Shown: positions 1 through 8,412 of the stretch, piece by piece | How positions within the stretch are numbered: position 1 is the first letter of the stretch | Layout of the letters: each line of letters opens with the position of its first letter | Position numbers and translations under genes: made by a program | DNA from: Promethearchaeota archaeon | GTDB lineage: Archaea; Asgardarchaeota; Lokiarchaeia; Sigyniarchaeales; SOKP01 | Direction: 5' to 3' | Length of the DNA: 28,386 bases | Assembly (NCBI GenBank): GCA_016926735.1 | Contig: JAFGOA010000234.1 | Coordinates: 1 to 28,386 of the forward strand | The notes under the pieces: generated by a model | What the model saw: the letters and a program-made list of their open reading frames with translations, nothing else | Databases searched by the model: none | What the model was told of the DNA's origin: nothing

Positions 1-123
1 AATATTATAGGATATTTTTGGCGCCTTTACATTAAAATTAATGTAATATCTTGTATATTTATTAAAATATTCCCTAAAGTTGGGATTTTAGAATTATTCT
101 AATATTAAAAAGAAAATTTTTAA

Positions 124-200
124 AGGTTTATGGTCCAAGAATAGGATATCTCTGCCACAGAGAAGAAGGTGCAGGTCGAGGCAGGGGCCTGCTAAATCTA
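124..200 (+). ncRNA. tRNA-like cloverleaf 1 (aberrant anticodon arm and T loop)
   Basis: Acceptor AGGTTTA(124-130)/TAAATCT(193-199); D stem GTCC/GGAT; hairpin TCTCTG-CCA-CAGAGA; T stem GCAGG/CCTGC with a 12-nt loop and no TTCRA motif. Confidence 0.55.
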
Positions 201-248
201 AAAGAAATTTTATTAAATATTAAATAATTGAAATATATTTAAAATCTA

Positions 249-316
249 TGGTTTCTCGTCCAATGGGAGGATACCCCTGTTCAGAGGGAGATGAAGGTTC
301 AATTCCTTCGAAATAT
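249..316 (+). ncRNA. tRNA-like cloverleaf 2 (Glu/Asp-like body, 6-nt anticodon loop)
   Basis: GTTTC(251-255)/GAAAT(310-314); D arm GTCC-AATGGGA-GGAT; CCCT-GTTCAG-AGGG; short variable region; canonical T arm GAAGG-TTCAATT-CCTTC. Confidence 0.7.
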
Positions 317-359
317 AATTAGATTAAGAATAGAATAAATCTCAGCCAATATATGATCT

Positions 360-431
360 TGCTTGTAGTCTAAGATGGTAAGATTTCCCTCCATCAAAGA
401 GGAAGATATGGGTTCGAATCCCATCAAGCAC
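360..431 (+). ncRNA. tRNA-like cloverleaf 3 (TCA at the anticodon position, A instead of U33)
   Basis: TGCTTG(360-365)/CAAGCA(425-430); T8-A9; D arm GTCT-AAGATGGTA-AGAT; CCTC-CATCAAA-GAGG; perfect T arm ATGGG-TTCGAAT-CCCAT. Confidence 0.8.
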
Positions 432-483
432 TAAAGATTTAGTATTGGATGAATCATTTGGTTTAGATTATAATGATTTGATA

Positions 484-570
484 TCATTCTTCCTCTTGAA
501 GTTGCCCTCAATAAAGGGAAAAATGAACTAGTACTCCTAAGTAAGGAGATTATTAGGCTTCAAGAAATGA
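484..570 (+). ncRNA. putative three-way-junction RNA domain between the tRNA-like units
   Basis: TCTTGAAGTT(494-503)/GGCTTCAAGA(556-565) encloses hairpins CCCT-CAATAA-AGGG and CTCCT-AAGTA-AGGAG; outer TCATT/AATGA pairing. Confidence 0.4.
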
Positions 571-626
571 CTAAGCCGTTTCTTGTTGAAAAATAACATT
601 TACCCTTGACAATTGAGGGATCATTA

Positions 627-695
627 TGCTTGTAGTCTAATGGGAAGATTCCCCTCAAGGAGAAGGGAGATATGGGTTCGAATCCCATCAAGCCA
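627..695 (+). ncRNA. tRNA-like cloverleaf 4 (near-duplicate of unit 3, 8-nt anticodon loop)
   Basis: GCTTG/CAAGC acceptor; D arm GTCT-AATGGGA-AGAT; CCCT-CAAGGAGA-AGGG; T arm identical to unit 3. Confidence 0.75.
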
Positions 696-776
696 CTATG
701 AATATTATAAAATTAATTCCTTTTTTCCTTCTGGTTCCATAAGAGATTGTTAGATTTCTTCGATATTTATTTTTTA

Positions 777-1451
777 TTAAATTTCTTTTCTAAAACTTTC
801 GAATATTGAAAAAGTTCCAATAATGAATAATATTGGAGCCAATAAATTGAAAAAACTAAATAAATTAGAATCATCAAATAAGAAAATTAAGATTTCTTTT
901 TCCAAAATAGATCCAACTGCAAACAATAACACCCCTGCTAAAATAAATAAGAATTTTTTTTTTATAACATGACTTCTCTTGAAAATAAATAGTAAGAATA
1001 AATAAGGGATGAAAGAACAACATAGAATGATAAATGAAAACAAGTAGATAGGCATTTCTATAAAGAATAACATTATTCCTAGAATCATTGGAATGATCCC
1101 CCCAAAATAATGTCTTTCATATGTAATTTTTTCCATTACTTCTTCTAAATGTATTATCTTGTTCCAATAAGCAAATAGTAGTATGAAAAATCTGACCTTA
1201 AGGAGAATGAGGGATATTGAAATATTAAAACTATAAACGATAGAAAGGACTGCAATCATACTTGAAATTCCCATCATGAAAAAGAACATTTCCCAAGAAA
1301 AAAGATCATTATAAAAATGAAAGTGCTGCTCTTTTGAAAATTTCTTTTTGATATAGAGCTTGTTAATGATTATCAGAGAAATCATGAAAGAAAAAGCAAT
1401 ATTAACTGAATATAATACCACGGTGATCATCAAGATATCTAAATTTATCAC
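777..1451 (-). CDS. polytopic membrane protein (~6-7 TM), unknown function
   Basis: 224-aa ORF, GTG start, repeated long hydrophobic segments; 4 nt downstream of the nitroreductase gene, so probably co-transcribed. Confidence 0.75.
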   Translation of the reverse strand: MINLDILMITVVLYSVNIAFSFMISLIIINKLYIKKKFSKEQHFHFYNDLFSWEMFFFMMGISSMIAVLSIVYSFNISISLILLKVRFFILLFAYWNKIIHLEEVMEKITYERHYFGGIIPMILGIMLFFIEMPIYLFSFIILCCSFIPYLFLLFIFKRSHVIKKKFLFILAGVLLFAVGSILEKEILIFLFDDSNLFSFFNLLAPILFIIGTFSIFESFRKEI

Positions 1452-1455
1452 CCCA

Positions 1456-2760
1456 TTAAAAATTTAAATTATTTTCAAAATAAAATAATAATATGGGTTC
1501 CAAATGACTTACCAGCGATAAATGCTCATTTTTTGCCTTATTTGCTAAATTCTCTGCTAAATTGTTAATTTCATTCTCCGCAGAATCGAGATCAAGTAAT
1601 TTTCTATATTTGGGATCTTTTGGATTAGAGATGATATGCTTTTTCCATAGTAAACCTAATGCATTTGCTTGCAATTGTAATCCTGCTAATGCCATCCCTG
1701 CTTCAATTTCTGCCCAATTCGTTACATCCAATATTTTACTATGAAAGAACCCAGAACATGGTTTCTTCCTATCCATGCATAATAAGATTAAATAATTGGT
1801 ATATTTCACCGAAAATTCATTTTCTATCTCATCTTTATTAGTAAGAGTACTATATTTTTGAAGGAAATGATCATAAGTAATCTGATCATTGATTTTTACC
1901 CAGCGATTTAACGCAGAAAACCCCACAGGATTGTAAAAATATGCTCCTTTTGAAATATCTACAAGTTCATCAATCATAACTATCGGATATATTGAATATC
2001 CCGCACATCCAGAAGCATGAACCCGACCATATCCATTCTTTTCTAATCCATCTCGATTACCATGAGCAGCATGATCAGTTTCTCCCTGACAAGCCCAGAG
2101 TAATTGTGATATCTCATTAAGGTTCTTATTATTCGGAGATTTTTTATCCATTTCATTAAATATGGCTTTATCTAATTCAATTCCCTTGTAAATTCCTTTA
2201 TAGAGTGCCCGATCCTCATAGCATTTAGGCATTTCTAACATGATGGTGCCTTCCTTTAAATCACAATGGTATGGATCGGTCTTATCTTCAATTAAAGCAC
2301 CAAGGTCTCTTTCACGAACAGCCACAGAATATAAAAAGAGATGCTCTTGATTAGTTATTTCATTAATTATTTTATTAACTTTCTTGGGACCCATTGCTCG
2401 TTGGGATACTCCTAATCCCAAGCTTTCAACTTTCAAAGATAAATATTGCCAACTAAGACCTATCCTAATTAAATCTTCTATATCAATATTATCCTTTTTG
2501 ATTAATTCTGGATATATTTCCATTGTGTATTTTGTTTTTTGATTTTCTGTTAATAGGTTCAATCCATCATCATTATATTTGTAAATCCCTCCCTTATAAT
2601 CTCTACCATCGGGTAAAACAATAAATAAGTCATTCAATGGCGCAGCTTGATACGTACTTTTACAGATATTCATGATTTCGGGCTTAGATAAAACTTTTCC
2701 CTTGCCTGAACAATCCTTTCGACTAGCTAAACACCCTTGCAGGCTCATTATTTTCTCCAT
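1456..2760 (-). CDS. SagB/ThcOx-type nitroreductase-family protein with a degenerate N-terminal second domain
   Basis: Motifs EISQLLWACQG, R-x3-SG-x-AGY, GAYFYNP and EAGMALAGLQLQANALGL match the SagB pattern; N-terminal half has GGIYKYN and GLSWQYLSLKVESLGLG. Confidence 0.75.
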   Translation of the reverse strand: MEKIMSLQGCLASRKDCSGKGKVLSKPEIMNICKSTYQAAPLNDLFIVLPDGRDYKGGIYKYNDDGLNLLTENQKTKYTMEIYPELIKKDNIDIEDLIRIGLSWQYLSLKVESLGLGVSQRAMGPKKVNKIINEITNQEHLFLYSVAVRERDLGALIEDKTDPYHCDLKEGTIMLEMPKCYEDRALYKGIYKGIELDKAIFNEMDKKSPNNKNLNEISQLLWACQGETDHAAHGNRDGLEKNGYGRVHASGCAGYSIYPIVMIDELVDISKGAYFYNPVGFSALNRWVKINDQITYDHFLQKYSTLTNKDEIENEFSVKYTNYLILLCMDRKKPCSGFFHSKILDVTNWAEIEAGMALAGLQLQANALGLLWKKHIISNPKDPKYRKLLDLDSAENEINNLAENLANKAKNEHLSLVSHLEPILLFYFENNLNF

Positions 2761-2924
2761 TATTCATTTTATGTATTAATTTTCTAAAAAATATCTTAGT
2801 TTTTAAGGTATTTTATTTTAAAAAGTAAATAATGATGATTGAATATTATTATTATATTTTTTCTATACAAATTTTTAAAATAACATTCACTAAAAATTAA
2901 TAAAAATAAAAATAAGCTTTTTTT

Positions 2925-5033
2925 ATGTTAAAAAATTCACAATTGGATCCTAGAGAGCTTGAATTCATCAATAAAATAGAAAAATTAACAAGAGTTAGAT
3001 GTTATCCAAAAGATAAGATTAATTGGAATAGTAAAAAATTAGATGAGGAAAAACCAACTAATGCAATTTTTAATATTGTAATTAAAAATGAAAAAATTAC
3101 AGAATTCCTTATTTTAGGAGCTAAATTTGAAGATTTTCCAGAATTTAATAATATTTTGGATAACTTAAAGATTTTCTCTGTTATTAGATCATATTTAAAG
3201 GAGATCCCTGAATCATTATTTAGTTTAAAGAATTTAACTCAGTTAAATTTATCATATAATGAAATTAAAGAAATGCCAAAATCTTTTGAAAACTTAAAAA
3301 ATCTAACAAAGATAAATTTCAAACACAACTATTTAACAACAATTCCTGAAGAAATCATAAATCTTCCCCAATTAAAATCTCTTATAATTCAAGGAAATCC
3401 TATTGAAGAGTTTCACCCTAACTTCCCAAATTTAAATAATTTAATTAATAAATATCATAAAAAGGGTTTAAATAAATTAGAATCAGAAGTATTAGCACAA
3501 CTTGAATTGATATCAGGGGTAAAATTAAAACAAGTTTATCATCGGGGGATATTAAATGGGTATTATATCAAAAATAACTCAATAATATGGCTAAGATTAT
3601 TCAGTGTAAGTCTTAAATCTTTACCCAAAAATATTTCGAATTTAAAAAATATTACCTGTCTAAATCTTTCTGGAGATCCTCCACATGAAGAAGAAGGTAT
3701 AATAGGAGAGAGAAATGGTTTACAAAAGCTCCCTAAATCTATTGGTCAATTAGAGAAATTAAAATGGCTCTATCTCTCAAAATCACAATTAAAATCCATA
3801 CCATCAGAAGTAGGAGATCTTTCAAATCTTCAACAATTATATCTAGCAGACAATTTTCTTGAAGACCTTCCAGAGTCTTTAAAGAATTTGATTTCTTTAA
3901 AATATTTAGATATTCAAAAAAATCATCTTGAAAAAATTCCTATATGGATAGGAAATCTTAAAAATCTTCAAAAATTGAATTTTGGACATAATAAGATAAA
4001 AGATATTACTAATGAACTATCAAATTTACATAGTTTAAATTATCTAATGCTTAATGATAATTTTATAGAGATCATTCCAGATTCATTTGGTAAACTTAAT
4101 CAATTAATAAAATTAAATTTATCAAATAATGTTTTAACTTCAGAATCTTTGATTCCTATCTACAGGTTAAAAAATCTAAAGGATCTTAATATCTCAAATA
4201 ATAGGGATATTTCCTACCTATCAGAAGATATAGGAAACCTGAATAAATTAAAATCTCTAAATATTAATGATAACCAGTTTCACTCAATTCCAACTTCTAT
4301 ATGGAAATTAAAGAATTTAAACTCACTTATTCTCCGAAAAAATCCTTGGGATGATGAAACATCAGAACTTATTAATCGAGATCTACAATTTATTTTAGAG
4401 TATTGCAGAAAAAAAGCGAATATACATATCTTTTTCAGTCATGCTGTTGAAGATTTTAATAGATTTAAATTGCAGGAATTAATAAATTTCTTGGAGGGCC
4501 AATCTGAGATATATGAAGTCTTATATTGTGAAAGAGATCTAACAGGAAATATTGACCAATTTATGCGAGAAAATATTCCTAAAAGCAATCTTTTACTATT
4601 TTTTGCAACAAAGAAATCCGTTTTTGATTCAAAAGATTGTCAGACAGAAATAAAATTTGCACGAGAAAATGATATTGAAATTATTCCTATAAGAACAGAT
4701 GAAGTGAATTGGGATGATTTGAATAATGTAGGTTTAAAAAGAGAATTAGGTAAAGATTATAATACAAATTTAGATTATTTTGGAGATGACCTTTATAAAT
4801 ATATAAAAAACTTTAAACATAATATAAATCTTTTTGAAAAGGATAAGGCAAAAATAGATAAGATAAAATTCAAAATTAAAAACGAATATGAAAGAATAAT
4901 AAACTCAACAATAGTGGATAACTATTTAATAAATAACTATACTAAAATCTTAGAAAAACTCGATGATAATAAGACCTATAAAGAAAATATATTAGAAATT
5001 TTTAAGAAATTAATGGAAATAAAAAATAACTAA
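2925..5033 (+). CDS. leucine-rich repeat protein with C-terminal TIR domain
   Basis: Many LxxLxLxxNxLxxLP repeats in two blocks; C-terminal IFFSHAVED…LLLFF…SKDCQTEIKFA…IIPI is a TIR/TIR_2 signature. Confidence 0.9.
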   Translation: MLKNSQLDPRELEFINKIEKLTRVRCYPKDKINWNSKKLDEEKPTNAIFNIVIKNEKITEFLILGAKFEDFPEFNNILDNLKIFSVIRSYLKEIPESLFSLKNLTQLNLSYNEIKEMPKSFENLKNLTKINFKHNYLTTIPEEIINLPQLKSLIIQGNPIEEFHPNFPNLNNLINKYHKKGLNKLESEVLAQLELISGVKLKQVYHRGILNGYYIKNNSIIWLRLFSVSLKSLPKNISNLKNITCLNLSGDPPHEEEGIIGERNGLQKLPKSIGQLEKLKWLYLSKSQLKSIPSEVGDLSNLQQLYLADNFLEDLPESLKNLISLKYLDIQKNHLEKIPIWIGNLKNLQKLNFGHNKIKDITNELSNLHSLNYLMLNDNFIEIIPDSFGKLNQLIKLNLSNNVLTSESLIPIYRLKNLKDLNISNNRDISYLSEDIGNLNKLKSLNINDNQFHSIPTSIWKLKNLNSLILRKNPWDDETSELINRDLQFILEYCRKKANIHIFFSHAVEDFNRFKLQELINFLEGQSEIYEVLYCERDLTGNIDQFMRENIPKSNLLLFFATKKSVFDSKDCQTEIKFARENDIEIIPIRTDEVNWDDLNNVGLKRELGKDYNTNLDYFGDDLYKYIKNFKHNINLFEKDKAKIDKIKFKIKNEYERIINSTIVDNYLINNYTKILEKLDDNKTYKENILEIFKKLMEIKNN

Positions 5034-5055
5034 TAAAAAGTATGAGCGTTAAAAA

Positions 5056-5646
5056 ATGAAGTTTATAGTAGATGATATGTTTGGAAATGTAGCAAGATGG
5101 TTAAGATCTTTAGGTTATGATGCTATTTATGCTGGGACATTCTCTTCAAATATTAAAGAGGAGAAAAAAATTAGTGAAGAGGAATTAATAGAAAAATGCT
5201 TGAATGAGCATCGTATATTAGTAACCCGTGATATAAAGTTGATCACTTCTCTTGAAACTCAATTTTTCAAGAAAATGGAAGAAAATCCCAAAGAATATGA
5301 AAAATTTGAAATGTCTATTTCTAATGAATATGGAATTATTTCTCCTTGTATTTTTCTTAGAGAAACCGATACTTTAGATATTATGAAAAGAATATATCAA
5401 GAATTTCATATTAATCTTACATACGATACAGATAAATCAAGATGTTCAAAATGTAATACTAAAATTATTAAAATTATAAGAAAAGAAGATTACAAACATC
5501 TTATACCAGAAGGTGTGTATAATTATCAAAAAGACTTTTGGATTTGTCCAAATAAAGATTGTGAACAATTGTACTGGAAGGGAATTCAAGTAAAAAATTT
5601 TGCAGAAAGAATAAAAAAATTAAAGACACATCAATTATCATCTTGA
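5056..5646 (+). CDS. Mut7-C RNase domain protein (PIN-like, DUF82) with Zn ribbon
   Basis: KFIVDDMFGNVARWLRSLGYD, ILVTRD, SRCSKCN, FWICPNKDC…LYWKG. Confidence 0.9.
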   Translation: MKFIVDDMFGNVARWLRSLGYDAIYAGTFSSNIKEEKKISEEELIEKCLNEHRILVTRDIKLITSLETQFFKKMEENPKEYEKFEMSISNEYGIISPCIFLRETDTLDIMKRIYQEFHINLTYDTDKSRCSKCNTKIIKIIRKEDYKHLIPEGVYNYQKDFWICPNKDCEQLYWKGIQVKNFAERIKKLKTHQLSS

Positions 5647-7205
5647 ATATATGGTTTTCCAAAATGCAGATATATTTCTGCTTTCTTAGTCTCTCTACCA
5701 AGATAGTTTATATGATTCATATTTTTTATCAGTTTTAATTCGATTATTTTTTTACATAATGATTCTGAATCATTACCACATATTAAATTGAGAAGCTTGT
5801 TGTCATTTGAGAAAAACATGACATAGATCTTTTTATTATAATGATCTATATAAATTTTAAAATAACCTTTCTCATCAGGAATATAATTCTGATTTACTTC
5901 ACTAACTTCTATCGAGTTATTTATATTTATTAAAGGATTTTCTTGAAATTTTTTACCCTTTGCTTTAAATATTTGGATACCTTGGTTTATTGGTGGAGTG
6001 TTTCTATACTTAGAAATGTAGTTTAGTTTTAAACATTGTTTTAATTCTCTTACACCACCAAATAGTTTTTTACTGTGTTCTGTTGTGAAAAGGATTCCAA
6101 TATCCAATTCCATAGCTATACTCGCTAATAATCCATTTATTCCAACTGAATCTATATCCATTAATTCTACAACATTCGATATTCCAAAAAAAAGGGGTAA
6201 TTCTAACTCCTTATTTTCATCTTTTTTGACTTCCTCTTTGTATAGAGAATAGGCTTGTAATGAATTTAAAACTCCAGGATACAGTGGTGTTTCTAATAAT
6301 GGATCCGCTATTAATTTTCGAAATCCTAAATCTTTCATTTTCTTTGTTAAAATAAATAGATTTTTTACTCTTTCTTGGGGATTTTTTGGAAAATATCCAT
6401 TTTTAATTTTAGTGGGTAAAATTACAATAGGTATATCCTTGGGAATTTCAATAAAATCAGTATAAGTGCTCTGGTCCATACTTAAAATCATATCTATATC
6501 TAAGCTTACTGCAGCGAGGATTTCATCTTTATTCATTGAATCGATACTTAATAGAATATCAAAATTCTCTCTGATTAGTTTAATTATTTCCTTTACTTTA
6601 TCTGGATTAGAATTATTAGTAACACATCCAATATCTATAATATCTGCGCCGGATTCAATATAGTGTTTAACTTTCTTAAGTATTGATCTATTATTACGAT
6701 TAGTACAATCTACGATTTCAGCTATAATCGGAGGAGGGAGTGTTTTACTTATTATTAATGGATATTTTGATTTATTAATATAAAAAGAGAGAGATCCTAG
6801 GTTTTTCTTTACCTTTTCAACCATTTCCTTTACTATTTTTTGATATTCCATCTTATGATTTAATTCCGTTACTCTATCAGCAGAGATTTTATTTGAGAGG
6901 GTAATATTTTCTAATTTTTTTAAAAGTAAAGGAAGATCTGAAGCAAACTCAGTTCCTTTTCGTATAGGTAAAGAAAATCTCTTTTCTAAATTTGTTAAGT
7001 CAAATTGAATAAATCCAGGAACTAAAATTAATTCATATTTTGAAAGATTAACTTCCCTCAGTTTATTATCAATCATTTTTTCAGTTATAAAAGCTGAAAT
7101 AGAAATTGGAATAAAAATTACATCGATATAATGATCATTACTTGATTTAGCTATATCTTTCAAGAGTTCATAACTTTGCTGGCCTGTTATGATAAGTATT
7201 TTAAT
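5631..7205 (-). CDS. archaeal dihydropteroate synthase-like protein (methanopterin pathway) with C-terminal DUF4346-like domain
   Basis: PPPIIAEIVD, GADIIDIG, LSIDS, LIADPLL, PLFFGISNVVELMDIDSVGINGLLA, DEKGYFKI…YLGRE…KAE…YIQD. Frame is open upstream of the track start (7163) to ATT at 7205, giving KILIITG. Confidence 0.85.
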   Translation of the reverse strand: MKILIITGQQSYELLKDIAKSSNDHYIDVIFIPISISAFITEKMIDNKLREVNLSKYELILVPGFIQFDLTNLEKRFSLPIRKGTEFASDLPLLLKKLENITLSNKISADRVTELNHKMEYQKIVKEMVEKVKKNLGSLSFYINKSKYPLIISKTLPPPIIAEIVDCTNRNNRSILKKVKHYIESGADIIDIGCVTNNSNPDKVKEIIKLIRENFDILLSIDSMNKDEILAAVSLDIDMILSMDQSTYTDFIEIPKDIPIVILPTKIKNGYFPKNPQERVKNLFILTKKMKDLGFRKLIADPLLETPLYPGVLNSLQAYSLYKEEVKKDENKELELPLFFGISNVVELMDIDSVGINGLLASIAMELDIGILFTTEHSKKLFGGVRELKQCLKLNYISKYRNTPPINQGIQIFKAKGKKFQENPLININNSIEVSEVNQNYIPDEKGYFKIYIDHYNKKIYVMFFSNDNKLLNLICGNDSESLCKKIIELKLIKNMNHINYLGRETKKAEIYLHFGKPYIQDDN

Positions 7206-8304
7206 TTATATCACTGTCAATTCTTTCTTTATCGAAGGGAATATAGATATCATCTAAAATAGAACCAGAAGATTCTTTGATCTTTAAATTTTCTGTAATT
7301 AGTTTAAATTTACCATTCAATAATCCATTGGCAATAAATGCCGCACCTTGGGCTGCTCTTTTAGCAATCTGACTATATGATTTCATTAATCTTACAGGAG
7401 CTATCGAGTTAAGAGAATTATTTATTTTTTCTCTTAGATAACCTATATCTGCACCCCTACCTGCTAGTAATATTTCTTTAATCTTTTTTCTATCTGAAAA
7501 TGATGAACTAATTCCAAATACTGCTTTTTTTACACTAGAAATATAAGCTTGAAGAGCTTGATTAACAAATTTATCATTATCAGCTAATAATATAATTTCT
7601 TTCAAACTTAGATCGGAATACCCAGCGATATAAGCTAAACCTCCTTGGTAGATGTTATATTTCTTTATATTACCAATTAAATAGGCCAATTCACCATCTA
7701 AGCTTCCACAAGCTCTAGAGCCCATAATATTAGATCCTCCAATTCCATCAATAATTTGACCATTTTCAATCGCTAAAACAGCGGTAAAACCATAACCAAT
7801 CTCGATCATAATAAAATTCGATTCTTCAGGGGATATTTTGTAAGTTTCTATTTGATCTCTAATACCTGTTACGGTAGTACATAATTTATCTGCAGTACCC
7901 ATGTCAATTTTGTTTATTTTTCTATATTGTGGAACTGTTGGTAGGTGTTTAACACTTGGGACAATTACTCCAGGGATCTTTTTATTTTGGATTATTCTTA
8001 ATATTTCACCGAGCCCAACTAATTTTTCTTTATCTCGTGAAGAAAATTTCAGTAATGTTAGAAATATATCTTTTTCAGTTAATTCTTCTATTTTCTTTAA
8101 TGGCAGTCCAAATCCACTGGGAGCAACCATTAAATCAATTTTAGTTTTATTATATAATGATTCTATGATTGTCATAACTTTATTTGGATCTTCCAGAATT
8201 TTCTTCGTGGATATTGAAGTATCTAATATTATTTTATCATCATCTAAAGCAATAAAATCCCAACTTAATGAACCGGGGTCTATTCCAAGGGTAATAGGTG
8301 ACAT
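7201..8304 (-). CDS. DUF1464-family ASKHA-fold (butyrate-kinase-like) protein
   Basis: LGIDPGSLSWD, APSGFGLP, RKINKIDMGTADK, GQIIDGIGG, LDGELAY, AAQGAAFIANGL. Confidence 0.85.
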   Translation of the reverse strand: MSPITLGIDPGSLSWDFIALDDDKIILDTSISTKKILEDPNKVMTIIESLYNKTKIDLMVAPSGFGLPLKKIEELTEKDIFLTLLKFSSRDKEKLVGLGEILRIIQNKKIPGVIVPSVKHLPTVPQYRKINKIDMGTADKLCTTVTGIRDQIETYKISPEESNFIMIEIGYGFTAVLAIENGQIIDGIGGSNIMGSRACGSLDGELAYLIGNIKKYNIYQGGLAYIAGYSDLSLKEIILLADNDKFVNQALQAYISSVKKAVFGISSSFSDRKKIKEILLAGRGADIGYLREKINNSLNSIAPVRLMKSYSQIAKRAAQGAAFIANGLLNGKFKLITENLKIKESSGSILDDIYIPFDKERIDSDIN

Positions 8305-8412
8305 TTTTTTTCCTTTTTAGTAATTGCTAATTTGTCTAAAATTATTATATTTTATATTATTAATTAATATCAAAATCATTAAAAAAGTAAAATAATTCTC
8401 ATCTTATTTCAA

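Noticed and set aside
360-431. tRNA-Sec (selC)
   Set aside because: No long variable arm, 4-bp D stem, short acceptor stem, no U33.
124-695. Ordinary functional tRNA cluster or CRISPR array
   Set aside because: No unit has a canonical anticodon arm; repeats are about 70 nt, irregularly spaced, and no cas genes are present.
1562-8320. Short antisense ORFs 1562-1744, 1659-1841, 5501-5701, 6466-6663, 7901-8320, 7956-8144
   Set aside because: They are shadows of well-supported genes on the opposite strand and show no motifs.
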